Source: an uncultured Clostridia bacterium
Lineage (GTDB): Bacteria; Bacillota; Dehalobacteriia; UBA4068; CALXSR01
DNA length: 64,000 nt
Assembly: GCA_944391215.1 (NCBI GenBank)
Contig: CALXSR010000047.1
Span: forward strand, 18,535-82,534
Direction of reading: 5' to 3'
The notes beneath the pieces were generated by a model, which was given only the letters and a program-made list of their open reading frames with translations, had not been told where the DNA came from and did not search any database. Positions within the stretch are counted from its first letter, which is position 1, and every line of letters begins with the position of its first letter. A program made the translations under genes and the position numbers. Positions 19,719-27,295 of the stretch are shown one piece after another.

Positions 19719-20550
19719 GTGTACTTGTCATGAAAATCCATTGGTACCACAAGTTTGTGTGATCACAGATATTAAAAAAGAAACCCCAGATGTAAAAACA
19801 TTTCGAGTTAGTACCAGAGATGGGAAAAAGCCCTTTACGCCCATGCCGGGGCAGTTAGGGATGTTTTCTATTTTACCTGTTGGGGAAGCAATGTTTTCCA
19901 TTACTGCGCAAGGGGAAGACTATTTGGATTTTGCCATTAAAAAAACCGGACAGTTAACGGATGCCTTACATGAAGCAGAAATAGGCCAAGAGGTTGGTTT
20001 GCGCGGGCCTTATGGGAATACGTTCCCGGTAGAAGATTGCAAAGGGCACGATTTGCTTTTTATTGGCGGCGGGATTGGTTTGGCGCCTGTTCGCTCCTTT
20101 ATTCGCTATGCTCTAGAGCATAGGGGAGATTATGGCGATATTGATATTGTCTATGGAGCGCGCAGCCCGGAAGACCTTTGTTTTAAAGAAGATTTAATGG
20201 AAAATTGGCCGAAAGAAAAAAATACGAAAGTGCATGTAACGGTCGATCAGGATTTGAGCGGAGAGTGGAAAGGTTCCGTTGGTTTTGTGCCGGCCTATTT
20301 GGAAAGCCTGAATTTTTCTCCGGAAGGTCGCAAGGTAGTTTTGTGCGGACCGCCTATCATGATTAAATTCTGCTTGCAGACATTGGCCAAATGCGGATTT
20401 AAAGATAGTGAAGTAATTACCACTTTAGAAATGCGTATGAAATGTGGGATTGGTAAATGCGGCCGTTGTAATATCGGTAGTAAATATGTTTGTTTAGACG
20501 GCCCTGTTTTTACAATGGAAGAATTAAGTCATTTGCCAAACGAATATTAA
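19711..20550 (+). CDS. FlxA-like FAD/NAD(P)H oxidoreductase with C-terminal [2Fe-2S] (AsrB/PyrK/HydG-like)
   Basis: Ferredoxin-reductase fold (LLFIGGGIGLAPV) and C-terminal CGIGKCGRCNIG...C. It overlaps the preceding gene by 8 nt. Confidence 0.75.
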   Translation: MSECTCHENPLVPQVCVITDIKKETPDVKTFRVSTRDGKKPFTPMPGQLGMFSILPVGEAMFSITAQGEDYLDFAIKKTGQLTDALHEAEIGQEVGLRGPYGNTFPVEDCKGHDLLFIGGGIGLAPVRSFIRYALEHRGDYGDIDIVYGARSPEDLCFKEDLMENWPKEKNTKVHVTVDQDLSGEWKGSVGFVPAYLESLNFSPEGRKVVLCGPPIMIKFCLQTLAKCGFKDSEVITTLEMRMKCGIGKCGRCNIGSKYVCLDGPVFTMEELSHLPNEY

Positions 20551-20555
20551 AAGAT

Positions 20556-20584
20556 AAAAACCGGCTGCGGCCGGTTTTCTTTTT
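20556..20584 (+). terminator. Rho-independent terminator ending the hdr-flx operon
   Basis: Stem AAAACCGGC / GCCGGTTTT, loop TGCG, T-rich tail. Confidence 0.85.
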
Positions 20585-20597
20585 GGAGGGATTGCGC

Positions 20598-21572
20598 TTG
20601 ATATATGTATCTACCTGTCATAACCCGTGGGCAAATATTGCTTATGAAGAATATTTAATGAATCAGGTCCGACCAGGCGATTTTAATTTGTATTTATGGC
20701 AAAATCATCATACTGTGGTGATTGGGAAAAACCAAAATGCCTGGCGGGAATGTGATTGGAAAAGACTAGAAGAGGATGGCGGTTATTTAATGCGCCGACC
20801 TTCCGGCGGAGGAGCTGTTTATCATGATTTGGGCAATCTTTGCTTTACGATGGTAACAGATCGAAAACAGTTCGATTTGCCAAAACAATTTTCTTTTGTT
20901 GTGGCTGTTTTAGCTTTTTTAGGTTTGTCTGCTACTTTTAGCGGGCGCAATGATATTTTGGTGCAGGAGAAAAAAGTATCTGGGAATGCATTTACTTTAC
21001 GAGAAGATCGGGCTGTGCATCATGGAACCTTATTGGTTTCTACTGATATGAGCCAGTTGGCTAAATATTTGATTGTCCCACCGGAAAAAATGCAGTCCAA
21101 AGGGATTGCTTCGGTAAAAGCACGCGTGGCAAATTTGACTGATTTTGACCCTGCTATTACGGTGGATAAGGTAAAAAATGCTTTTTATACGATTTATCGG
21201 GAACTTTTTGATGAATGTGAAGTCAAAATGGTAGATACTTTACATGAAGTTCCTGCAGAACTTTATGAAAAGTATGCTTCTTGGGAATGGCGCTTTGGGC
21301 AAAATCCTGCCTTTGATTGGCACTGGCAAAAATGGTTTAACTGGGGAAATATAGAAATTGGTTTTTTGGTAAAAGCTGGGGTAGTAAAAGAGTGTAAAAT
21401 TTACTCTGATGCAATGGATGTTGCAATGATAGAACAAATGGCAAGTTGCTTAACCGGTTTATCCTTTAACAAAGAAGAGATTATAAGAAAATGGCAAGCA
21501 GTGCCTTTGACGAAAAAAAACAGAGAGCAGTGGGCGGAAGTGATTTCTTGGCTACAAGGTATGGCTTTCTAA
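20598..21572 (+). CDS. lplA: Lipoate-protein ligase A
   Basis: TTG 20598 lies 7 nt after GGAGGG and downstream of the terminator, which falls inside the longer track ORF. Motifs RRPSGGGAVYHDLGN and KVSGNA, plus the LplA C-terminal domain. Confidence 0.88.
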   Translation: MIYVSTCHNPWANIAYEEYLMNQVRPGDFNLYLWQNHHTVVIGKNQNAWRECDWKRLEEDGGYLMRRPSGGGAVYHDLGNLCFTMVTDRKQFDLPKQFSFVVAVLAFLGLSATFSGRNDILVQEKKVSGNAFTLREDRAVHHGTLLVSTDMSQLAKYLIVPPEKMQSKGIASVKARVANLTDFDPAITVDKVKNAFYTIYRELFDECEVKMVDTLHEVPAELYEKYASWEWRFGQNPAFDWHWQKWFNWGNIEIGFLVKAGVVKECKIYSDAMDVAMIEQMASCLTGLSFNKEEIIRKWQAVPLTKKNREQWAEVISWLQGMAF

Positions 21573-21605
21573 CCAAAATGTAAGTTTATGCTATGCAATT
21601 TTTTC

Positions 21606-21634
21606 TTGCCCAAAAATAGAGACTGTGCTATGAT
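21606..21634 (+). promoter_or_regulatory. SigmaA-like promoter with extended -10 (TTGCCC-17-TGcTATGAT)
   Basis: -35 at 21606-21611, TG at 21626-21627, -10 TATGAT at 21629-21634. Confidence 0.5.
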
Positions 21635-21681
21635 TCAACTAATAGGAATGTTTGTTATTAGTATTTTATTTGGGAGGTGGT

Positions 21682-22059
21682 ATGATGAATGCAATATGGG
21701 CAGAGCTGTGTGAAAAAACACAAAGTTTGGCGACTTTGTTAAAAGAAAGTAAAGAATATCAGCAGTATTTGAAGGCAAGGGAAAATCTAAAGAGCCAGGA
21801 AGAATTGGCTGTTTTGCTTTCAGAATTCCGCCGGAAACAGTTGAATTTGCAGGTTGCGCATATTATGGGGCAAGATGTTGCCGAAGAAGATGCGCAAGTA
21901 AACGAATTATACCAAAATTTAAGCAAAAGTCCTTTGGTCAATGATTTTTTGAATGCAGAATACTGTTTGGTACGGTTAATAGAAACGATGCGGGATTCTT
22001 TTGGCAAGGAACTGGAATTGGGGTCTGATTTTATTTTGCCCGATCGTACCATGAATTAA
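21682..22059 (+). CDS. YlbF/YmcA-family (UPF0342-like) protein
   Basis: Helical about-125-aa protein (LLKESKEYQQYLKARENLKSQEELAVLLSEFRRKQLNLQ) typical of YlbF/YmcA. GGGAGGTGG precedes ATG 21682. Confidence 0.6.
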   Translation: MMNAIWAELCEKTQSLATLLKESKEYQQYLKARENLKSQEELAVLLSEFRRKQLNLQVAHIMGQDVAEEDAQVNELYQNLSKSPLVNDFLNAEYCLVRLIETMRDSFGKELELGSDFILPDRTMN

Positions 22060-22078
22060 AGGAAGTGAAAATTTTACC

Positions 22079-22492
22079 ATGAATAATCTTGCTGAAAAAA
22101 GAAAAAGAATGACCAAACAAAGGAAAATCATTATGGATATCCTTTGTGCAACCAAATCCCATCCTACGGCAGAATGGATTTACCAAGAGGCGCGTAAAGT
22201 AATGCCTAATATTAGCTTGGGTACTGTGTACCGAAACTTGCAAGTTTTGCAAGAAGACGGCTTGATTATGGAATTAAAATATGGTAAAAATTTTAGCCGT
22301 TTTGATGGTAACGCTAAATTACATTATCATTTTGTTTGTGAGAATTGCCATGCGGTGATGGATGTAGAAGATGATTTTGCCAAGGAAATTGAAACTAAGA
22401 TTGAAGAATCTGCAAAACGCTGCCAAAACGGCCCGGTTTTATCTCATCGATTGGAATTTTACGGATTATGCCAAAATTGCCAAAAACATTAG
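22079..22492 (+). CDS. Fur-family metalloregulator (Fur/PerR/Zur subtype undetermined)
   Basis: Winged-helix region TKQRKIIMDIL...HPTAEWIY...ISLGTVYRNLQVL, an HYHFVCENC motif and a C-terminal CQNC pair. Confidence 0.85.
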   Translation: MNNLAEKRKRMTKQRKIIMDILCATKSHPTAEWIYQEARKVMPNISLGTVYRNLQVLQEDGLIMELKYGKNFSRFDGNAKLHYHFVCENCHAVMDVEDDFAKEIETKIEESAKRCQNGPVLSHRLEFYGLCQNCQKH

Positions 22493-22563
22493 TTGCTTTT
22501 TCCCTTAATTTTTTATATGATGAAAGATGTGTTGGTAATTGACGAGCTTAGGAGGAATTGGTA

Positions 22564-23319
22564 GTGGTAATACAAAAAATTAGAAACGTAACGCAGAATA
22601 AAAGATGGCTTCTGATTACCGTTGTTGTTGTTTTAATCATTGGTTTATTGGGTTCTTATGTGATTTGGAGCACTGGTGATTTTGGTAATAATAATCAGGG
22701 TACTGATTATAAACAACAAATTGCCGCATATGTCGAATATATTGCGGATACGGAAAAGGATTTGGCTGAAAAACCGGAAGACTTTTCTTTGTTGCAACAG
22801 TTAGGCGATTTAAATGCGCAATTAGGGAATGTCTATGTAAATGATGGGCAAACAGAAAATAGCTCGGCAGCCTTTTTAAAAGCAGCGGAATACTATGAAA
22901 AATCTTTATCTTTTTTGCCAGAGGGGTTGAATGAAAAAGGGCAAACCGATATTTACGCTGATATTGCTTTGGCTTATTGGTTGGCTACAGGTCACGATGA
23001 GCAATCGGAAGAAAACTTTAAAAAAGGAATTGAAATTTCCCCATATGATTTCCCCATCAATAATAATTATATCGTTTATTTGTACAGTACGAAGGGAATT
23101 GATAGCGCTATTGCGCAAGCCGAGGCATATCGTGATTCCTTACCAGAAGGCAATGAGTATATTGGAGATGCGGATACCCTGGTGAAAAACTTGCAAGAGA
23201 TTAAAACAGAATTACAAAAAGCCCAAGAAGAGCAAAACAAGGAAGATGAAAATAAAGACGATAAACAAAATGGTGGAGAACAAAAACCAGAAGATAATGA
23301 TAGTGGCGCCACAAAGTAA
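22564..23319 (+). CDS. Membrane-anchored TPR-like repeat protein with acidic/Lys-rich tail
   Basis: One N-terminal TM helix (WLLITVVVVLIIGLLGSYVIW), TPR-like helical repeats, and a low-complexity tail. The GTG 22564 start follows AGGAGG; TTG 22558 is an alternative. Confidence 0.55.
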   Translation: MVIQKIRNVTQNKRWLLITVVVVLIIGLLGSYVIWSTGDFGNNNQGTDYKQQIAAYVEYIADTEKDLAEKPEDFSLLQQLGDLNAQLGNVYVNDGQTENSSAAFLKAAEYYEKSLSFLPEGLNEKGQTDIYADIALAYWLATGHDEQSEENFKKGIEISPYDFPINNNYIVYLYSTKGIDSAIAQAEAYRDSLPEGNEYIGDADTLVKNLQEIKTELQKAQEEQNKEDENKDDKQNGGEQKPEDNDSGATK

Positions 23320-23334
23320 AGAAATACAAAAAAT

Positions 23335-23361
23335 AAAACAGTCCGCTGGGGCTGTTTTTTA
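23335..23361 (+). terminator. Rho-independent terminator
   Basis: Imperfect stem AAAACAGTCC / GGGCTGTTTT followed by a T-run. Confidence 0.65.
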
Positions 23362-23393
23362 TCAATGGATCATCATAAAGGAGTAGCAACAAA

Positions 23394-24548
23394 ATGAAAG
23401 TTGAAGAATCTGCAGTGATTGCTTGGCGGAGGCATTTGCACCGATTTCCAGAAGTTTCTGGAAAGGAAGAAAAAACTGCTGCTTTCTTGGCAGGGGAATT
23501 GCGTAAAATGGGCTATATTATACAAGAAAAGGTGTTTGGCCATGGGTTAATTGGCTTGTTACCTGGAGATAAAAAGAAAAAAACGGTGGCTTTGCGTTGT
23601 GATATGGATGCCTTGCCAATTTATGAGGAAACGAATTTGTCTTTTCGCTCTAACTATGATGGGGTTATGCATGCTTGTGGACATGATGGGCATATGGCGA
23701 TGATTTTAGGGGCGGCCAAAGCTTTGGCCGCAAATAAACCGCAAGGCAGTATTAAAATTCTTTGTCAGCCGAGTGAGGAAAAGCCGCCTGGTGGCGCCAG
23801 TGGTATGATAAAATCAGGCGTTTTGGAGAATCCATATGTAGATGCTGTTTTAGGTTGTCATGTTTCTAACCATTATTCAGTTGGAAAGATTGCTGTAATC
23901 AATGGCCCTATGATGGCGATTGCCGATAATTTTTATATTACTTTAAAAGGTCGCGGCGGTCATGGTGCTTTACCACACCGCAATATTGATGCAATTCAAA
24001 TGGCGGCTGAAGTGATTGTATCTTTTCAGCATATCATAAGCCGACAACTTAGCACTTTTATGCCGGCAGTACTTTCTTTTGGTACGATCCATGGCGGTAC
24101 GGCCTATAATGTGATGCCGGACGAAGTATTGCTTTCTGGCACGGTTCGTTGTTTTGACGAAAATGTTCGGGACTATGTTTTAACTTCTATGCATAAAACT
24201 TTAAAAGGAATTACTTCTCTTTGGGATGGCGGTTATGATTTGCACTATGAATATGGTTATCCAGTTTTGCAGAATGCAAAGGAAATAACGGATAAAATTC
24301 GTGCAGTTGGTGATAAAATAAAAGATCTGCAAGTGGTAGAAATGGCAGAGCCTTTGATGATTGCGGAAGACTTCTCTTATTATGCGAAAGAACGTCCGGC
24401 AGCTTTCTTTTTAGTCGGAACCGGAAATGCTCACTGTCAAAAGCCCTGGCATAATGCAAGTTTTGATTTGGATGAAAAGGGGTTGCCATTTGGAGCTGCT
24501 ATTTTAGCCCAAGTTGCTTATGATATCGCAAATGAAGATCGGCGTTAA
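23394..24548 (+). CDS. M20-family amidohydrolase (N-acyl-L-amino acid amidohydrolase / hippurate hydrolase-like)
   Basis: Motif MHACGHDGH and M20D-like layout at 384 aa. Confidence 0.85.
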   Translation: MKVEESAVIAWRRHLHRFPEVSGKEEKTAAFLAGELRKMGYIIQEKVFGHGLIGLLPGDKKKKTVALRCDMDALPIYEETNLSFRSNYDGVMHACGHDGHMAMILGAAKALAANKPQGSIKILCQPSEEKPPGGASGMIKSGVLENPYVDAVLGCHVSNHYSVGKIAVINGPMMAIADNFYITLKGRGGHGALPHRNIDAIQMAAEVIVSFQHIISRQLSTFMPAVLSFGTIHGGTAYNVMPDEVLLSGTVRCFDENVRDYVLTSMHKTLKGITSLWDGGYDLHYEYGYPVLQNAKEITDKIRAVGDKIKDLQVVEMAEPLMIAEDFSYYAKERPAAFFLVGTGNAHCQKPWHNASFDLDEKGLPFGAAILAQVAYDIANEDRR

Positions 24549-24577
24549 AAGAGAATACAAAGGTAAGGAATGGAAAA

Positions 24578-25156
24578 ATGGCGGATAGCATTCTGAATTT
24601 TTTAGCAGGATTGCCGGATATTTGGGCGGTTTTTTTGGGGTCGATGATTCCAATAACAGAATTACGATTAGCGATTCCCTTGGGTATTTTGACTATGGGG
24701 ATGGAACCTTGGCAAACTTTTGTGTGGGCCATTATGGGAAACGCGGTTCCCATTATCCCTCTTTTGTTGTTTTTTCCCTTTGTTTATCGACAGCTTTGCC
24801 GTATCCCGGCTTTCCGTAATTTTTTAGGCCGCTTTTTAGAGCGTATTCGCAATAAAGGCAGCCAAGTAGAAAAATATGGAGCTTTGGGTTTGCTTTTTTT
24901 CGTAGCAGTCCCCTTGCCCGGTACCGGAATATGGAGTGGTTGTGTTTTAGCCTTTTTGTTTGGGATTCGTTTCCGTTACGCTTTTTTGGCTTTATTGGGT
25001 GGGGAAATCCTGGCAGGCATTGCTGTAACTTTGGCTAGTACCGGGCTTTTTCAGGTAGCAAAAAATTTAGAATTACTCGAAATACTAGCGCTTCTTTTTA
25101 TTATTGGTATTTTTATTTTTTGGTTTTATAAATGGCGCAAAAAAAACAAAAGGTGA
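24578..25156 (+). CDS. Small multidrug-export-like membrane protein family (COG2426-like)
   Basis: Polytopic membrane protein with N-terminal IPITELRLAIPLG, as in the Sm_multidrug_ex family. The family assignment is from memory. Confidence 0.6.
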   Translation: MADSILNFLAGLPDIWAVFLGSMIPITELRLAIPLGILTMGMEPWQTFVWAIMGNAVPIIPLLLFFPFVYRQLCRIPAFRNFLGRFLERIRNKGSQVEKYGALGLLFFVAVPLPGTGIWSGCVLAFLFGIRFRYAFLALLGGEILAGIAVTLASTGLFQVAKNLELLEILALLFIIGIFIFWFYKWRKKNKR

Positions 25157-25189
25157 AGCATTGTGCCATTTTAAAAATATTGTTATGGT

Positions 25190-25217
25190 AAAACAGACCT
25201 CTCGGTCTGTTTTTTTG
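25190..25217 (+). terminator. Rho-independent terminator upstream of the dcw cluster
   Basis: Stem AAACAGACC / GGTCTGTTT, loop TCTC, T-run. Confidence 0.85.
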
Positions 25218-25252
25218 TGAAAATTTTTAAAAATAAGCAGGAATCGCTATAA

Positions 25253-25290
25253 AAGTAGAGAATAAGTGGGATAAAGTGGGTGAAAGTGGT
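25253..25290 (+). promoter_or_regulatory. MraZ-box array: four tandem 10-nt units (AAAAGTAGAG AATAAGTGGG ATAAAGTGGG TGAAAGTGGT)
   Basis: AAGTGGG at 25264-25270 and 25274-25280, AAGTGGT at 25284-25290, and a degenerate AAGTAGA at 25253-25259. The array ends 20 nt before the mraZ ATG. Confidence 0.7.
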
Positions 25291-25310
25291 AAGCAAATTG
25301 AGGTGTCTAC

Positions 25311-25742
25311 ATGTTTACTGGTGAGTATCAACATGCAATTGACAATAAGGGGAGGGTCATTATACCGTCCCGTTTTCGCGATGAATTAGGAACTTCTTTT
25401 ATGGTCACCAAAGGATTAGAAGATTGCCTTTTTGTTTACTCTTTTGAAGAATGGAAAAATGCTAGCGCGCAAATTAGACAGTTATCCTTTACCAAAAGTG
25501 ACGCGCGGTCCTTTTCTCGTATTTTCTTTTCTGGCGCTTGCGAGGTGGAATTAGATAAACAAGGACGCATTTTATTGCCTGCCAATTTGCGACTTTATGC
25601 CGGTTTGGATAAAGATATTTATATCATTGGCGTGATGAGTCGAGTGGAAATTTGGGATAAGGAAAAATGGTTATCTTATAGTGAGGCTACTGCTGCTGCC
25701 TATGGAGATATTGCTGAAAGAATCAATGATTTAGATTTTTAA
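25311..25742 (+). CDS. mraZ: Transcriptional regulator MraZ
   Basis: Two SpoVT/AbrB-like repeats ([13 protein letters not shown] and [13 protein letters not shown]). First gene of the dcw cluster. Confidence 0.95.
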   Translation: MFTGEYQHAIDNKGRVIIPSRFRDELGTSFMVTKGLEDCLFVYSFEEWKNASAQIRQLSFTKSDARSFSRIFFSGACEVELDKQGRILLPANLRLYAGLDKDIYIIGVMSRVEIWDKEKWLSYSEATAAAYGDIAERINDLDF

Positions 25743-25752
25743 TGGGGGAAAA

Positions 25753-26709
25753 ATGGAGTTTCAACATGTTTCGGTTTTGCCACGAGAAGTACTGCAACAG
25801 ATGCATTTGCAAGAGGGAGGCATTTATGTTGATTGTACTTTGGGCGGGGCGGGTCACGCGTCTTCTATTTTAAGCGCCTTACAAGGACAGTGCCATTATA
25901 TTGGTATTGACCAGGATAAGGATGCGTTAACTTTTGCCAAAAAGCGTCTGGCTCCTTATGCCAAAAGCGTTACTTTGGTACAGGAAAATTTTTCTCATTT
26001 GCAGCACATTTTAGCAAGCCTTCATATTTCAGCAGTAAATGGCATTTTGTTCGACTTAGGGGTTTCCTCTTTTCAATTGGATGAAATAGAGCGGGGTTTT
26101 TCCTATATGCGTGATGCTCCTTTGGACATGCGTATGAATCAAGAAAGCGGACAAAGTGCTAGAGACTTGGTAAATCAAGCAAGTATGGAAGAATTAAATC
26201 GAATCCTTTGGACTTATGGGGAAGAAAGATGGGCAAAACGGATTGCCCAGTTTATTGTAGAGGAAAGAAAACAAAAACCGATTGAAACGACGGGGGAATT
26301 GGTTGCCGTCATAAAAAAAGCGGTGCCCAAGGGGGCCCGGCAGGAAAAGCAACATCCGGCTAAAAGAACTTTTCAAGCGATTCGTATTGCTGTTAATGAG
26401 GAATTAACGGTATTAGAAAAAGCATTAAGTCAATCTGTTGATTGTTTAAAACCAGGTGGGCGGATTTGTGTTATTACATTCCATTCTTTGGAAGATAGGA
26501 TTGTAAAAGACTTTTTTAAACAAGAGGCCAAAGGATGTACTTGTCCCCCAGAAATTCCTATTTGTGTTTGTGGAAAAAAACCGCGTTTGGAGATAATTAC
26601 CAAAAGGCCAATTATGCCAGACGCAGAAGAAATAGAAGAAAACCCTCGGGCCAGAAGTGCCAAGTTAAGGGTGGCGGCGCGTGTTCTAAAGGAAAAGGAG
26701 GAAGCATAA
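25753..26709 (+). CDS. rsmH: 16S rRNA (cytosine1402-N4)-methyltransferase
   Basis: HVSVL..., [17 protein letters not shown] and ITFHSLEDR motifs. Confidence 0.95.
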   Translation: MEFQHVSVLPREVLQQMHLQEGGIYVDCTLGGAGHASSILSALQGQCHYIGIDQDKDALTFAKKRLAPYAKSVTLVQENFSHLQHILASLHISAVNGILFDLGVSSFQLDEIERGFSYMRDAPLDMRMNQESGQSARDLVNQASMEELNRILWTYGEERWAKRIAQFIVEERKQKPIETTGELVAVIKKAVPKGARQEKQHPAKRTFQAIRIAVNEELTVLEKALSQSVDCLKPGGRICVITFHSLEDRIVKDFFKQEAKGCTCPPEIPICVCGKKPRLEIITKRPIMPDAEEIEENPRARSAKLRVAARVLKEKEEA

Positions 26710-26710
26710 A

Positions 26711-27268
26711 TTGTTAGCAAATACCAAAAAAGTTGCTTATGCAAATGAAAAGCCAGAATATACGAAACGGCAGCTCACTGTTATTGAAGGGGGGCAAGCC
26801 AAACAGAAAGAAAAAGAAAAACTGTTAAAAAAAGAAAAGGCTTTTATTTTGGCAGGTGTTTTTGTTATTTTCTCTATTGCCTTTTTATATACATTTTTAT
26901 CGGCACAAATTATGCATCAGGGCTATTTAATCAATGAATTAAAAGCAGATATTTCTTCTATTGAAGGATCAAATCAGCGTTTGCAACTGGAAATTGAAAA
27001 TTTACGCTCTTTGGATCGGATTGAATCAATTGCCGTAGCAGAATTGAATATGGTACAGCCGGATAATAGTAAAATTACTTATGTAGCAATGTCCGAAACC
27101 AATCCATTAATGCAAAAAGATGATGTTATGGTAGCTAGCGCAGATGAAGAGAACGGTGTAAAAGTAGAAGTATTAGCAGGGAAACAAACGCATCCTGTTT
27201 TGACTAATATAGCTAAATTTTTGAATACTTATTTTGGTGGAGAAGTGGCTATGGCTGCCACGAAATAG
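26711..27268 (+). CDS. ftsL: Cell division protein FtsL-like (bitopic, coiled coil)
   Basis: Position between rsmH and the PBP gene. Single TM helix followed by a coiled coil (LINELKADISSIEGSNQRLQLEIENLRS). TTG start. Confidence 0.7.
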   Translation: MLANTKKVAYANEKPEYTKRQLTVIEGGQAKQKEKEKLLKKEKAFILAGVFVIFSIAFLYTFLSAQIMHQGYLINELKADISSIEGSNQRLQLEIENLRSLDRIESIAVAELNMVQPDNSKITYVAMSETNPLMQKDDVMVASADEENGVKVEVLAGKQTHPVLTNIAKFLNTYFGGEVAMAATK

Positions 27269-27295
27269 TATAAGCTTGTAAAAGGAGTGACTTTT

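Noticed and set aside
20490-21572. Possible functional link between lplA and the hdr genes, by analogy with the lipoate-binding-protein-dependent sHdr systems of sulfur oxidisers.
   Set aside because: The hdr genes here are of the Flx type (MvhD plus FlxABC-like subunits), not the sHdr type (hdrC1B1A-hyp-hdrC2B2 with lbpA). No LbpA-like or LipS-like genes are present. A strong terminator at 20556-20584 separates the operon from lplA, which looks like an ordinary full-length housekeeping ligase. The same terminator also argues against the long 20490 start.
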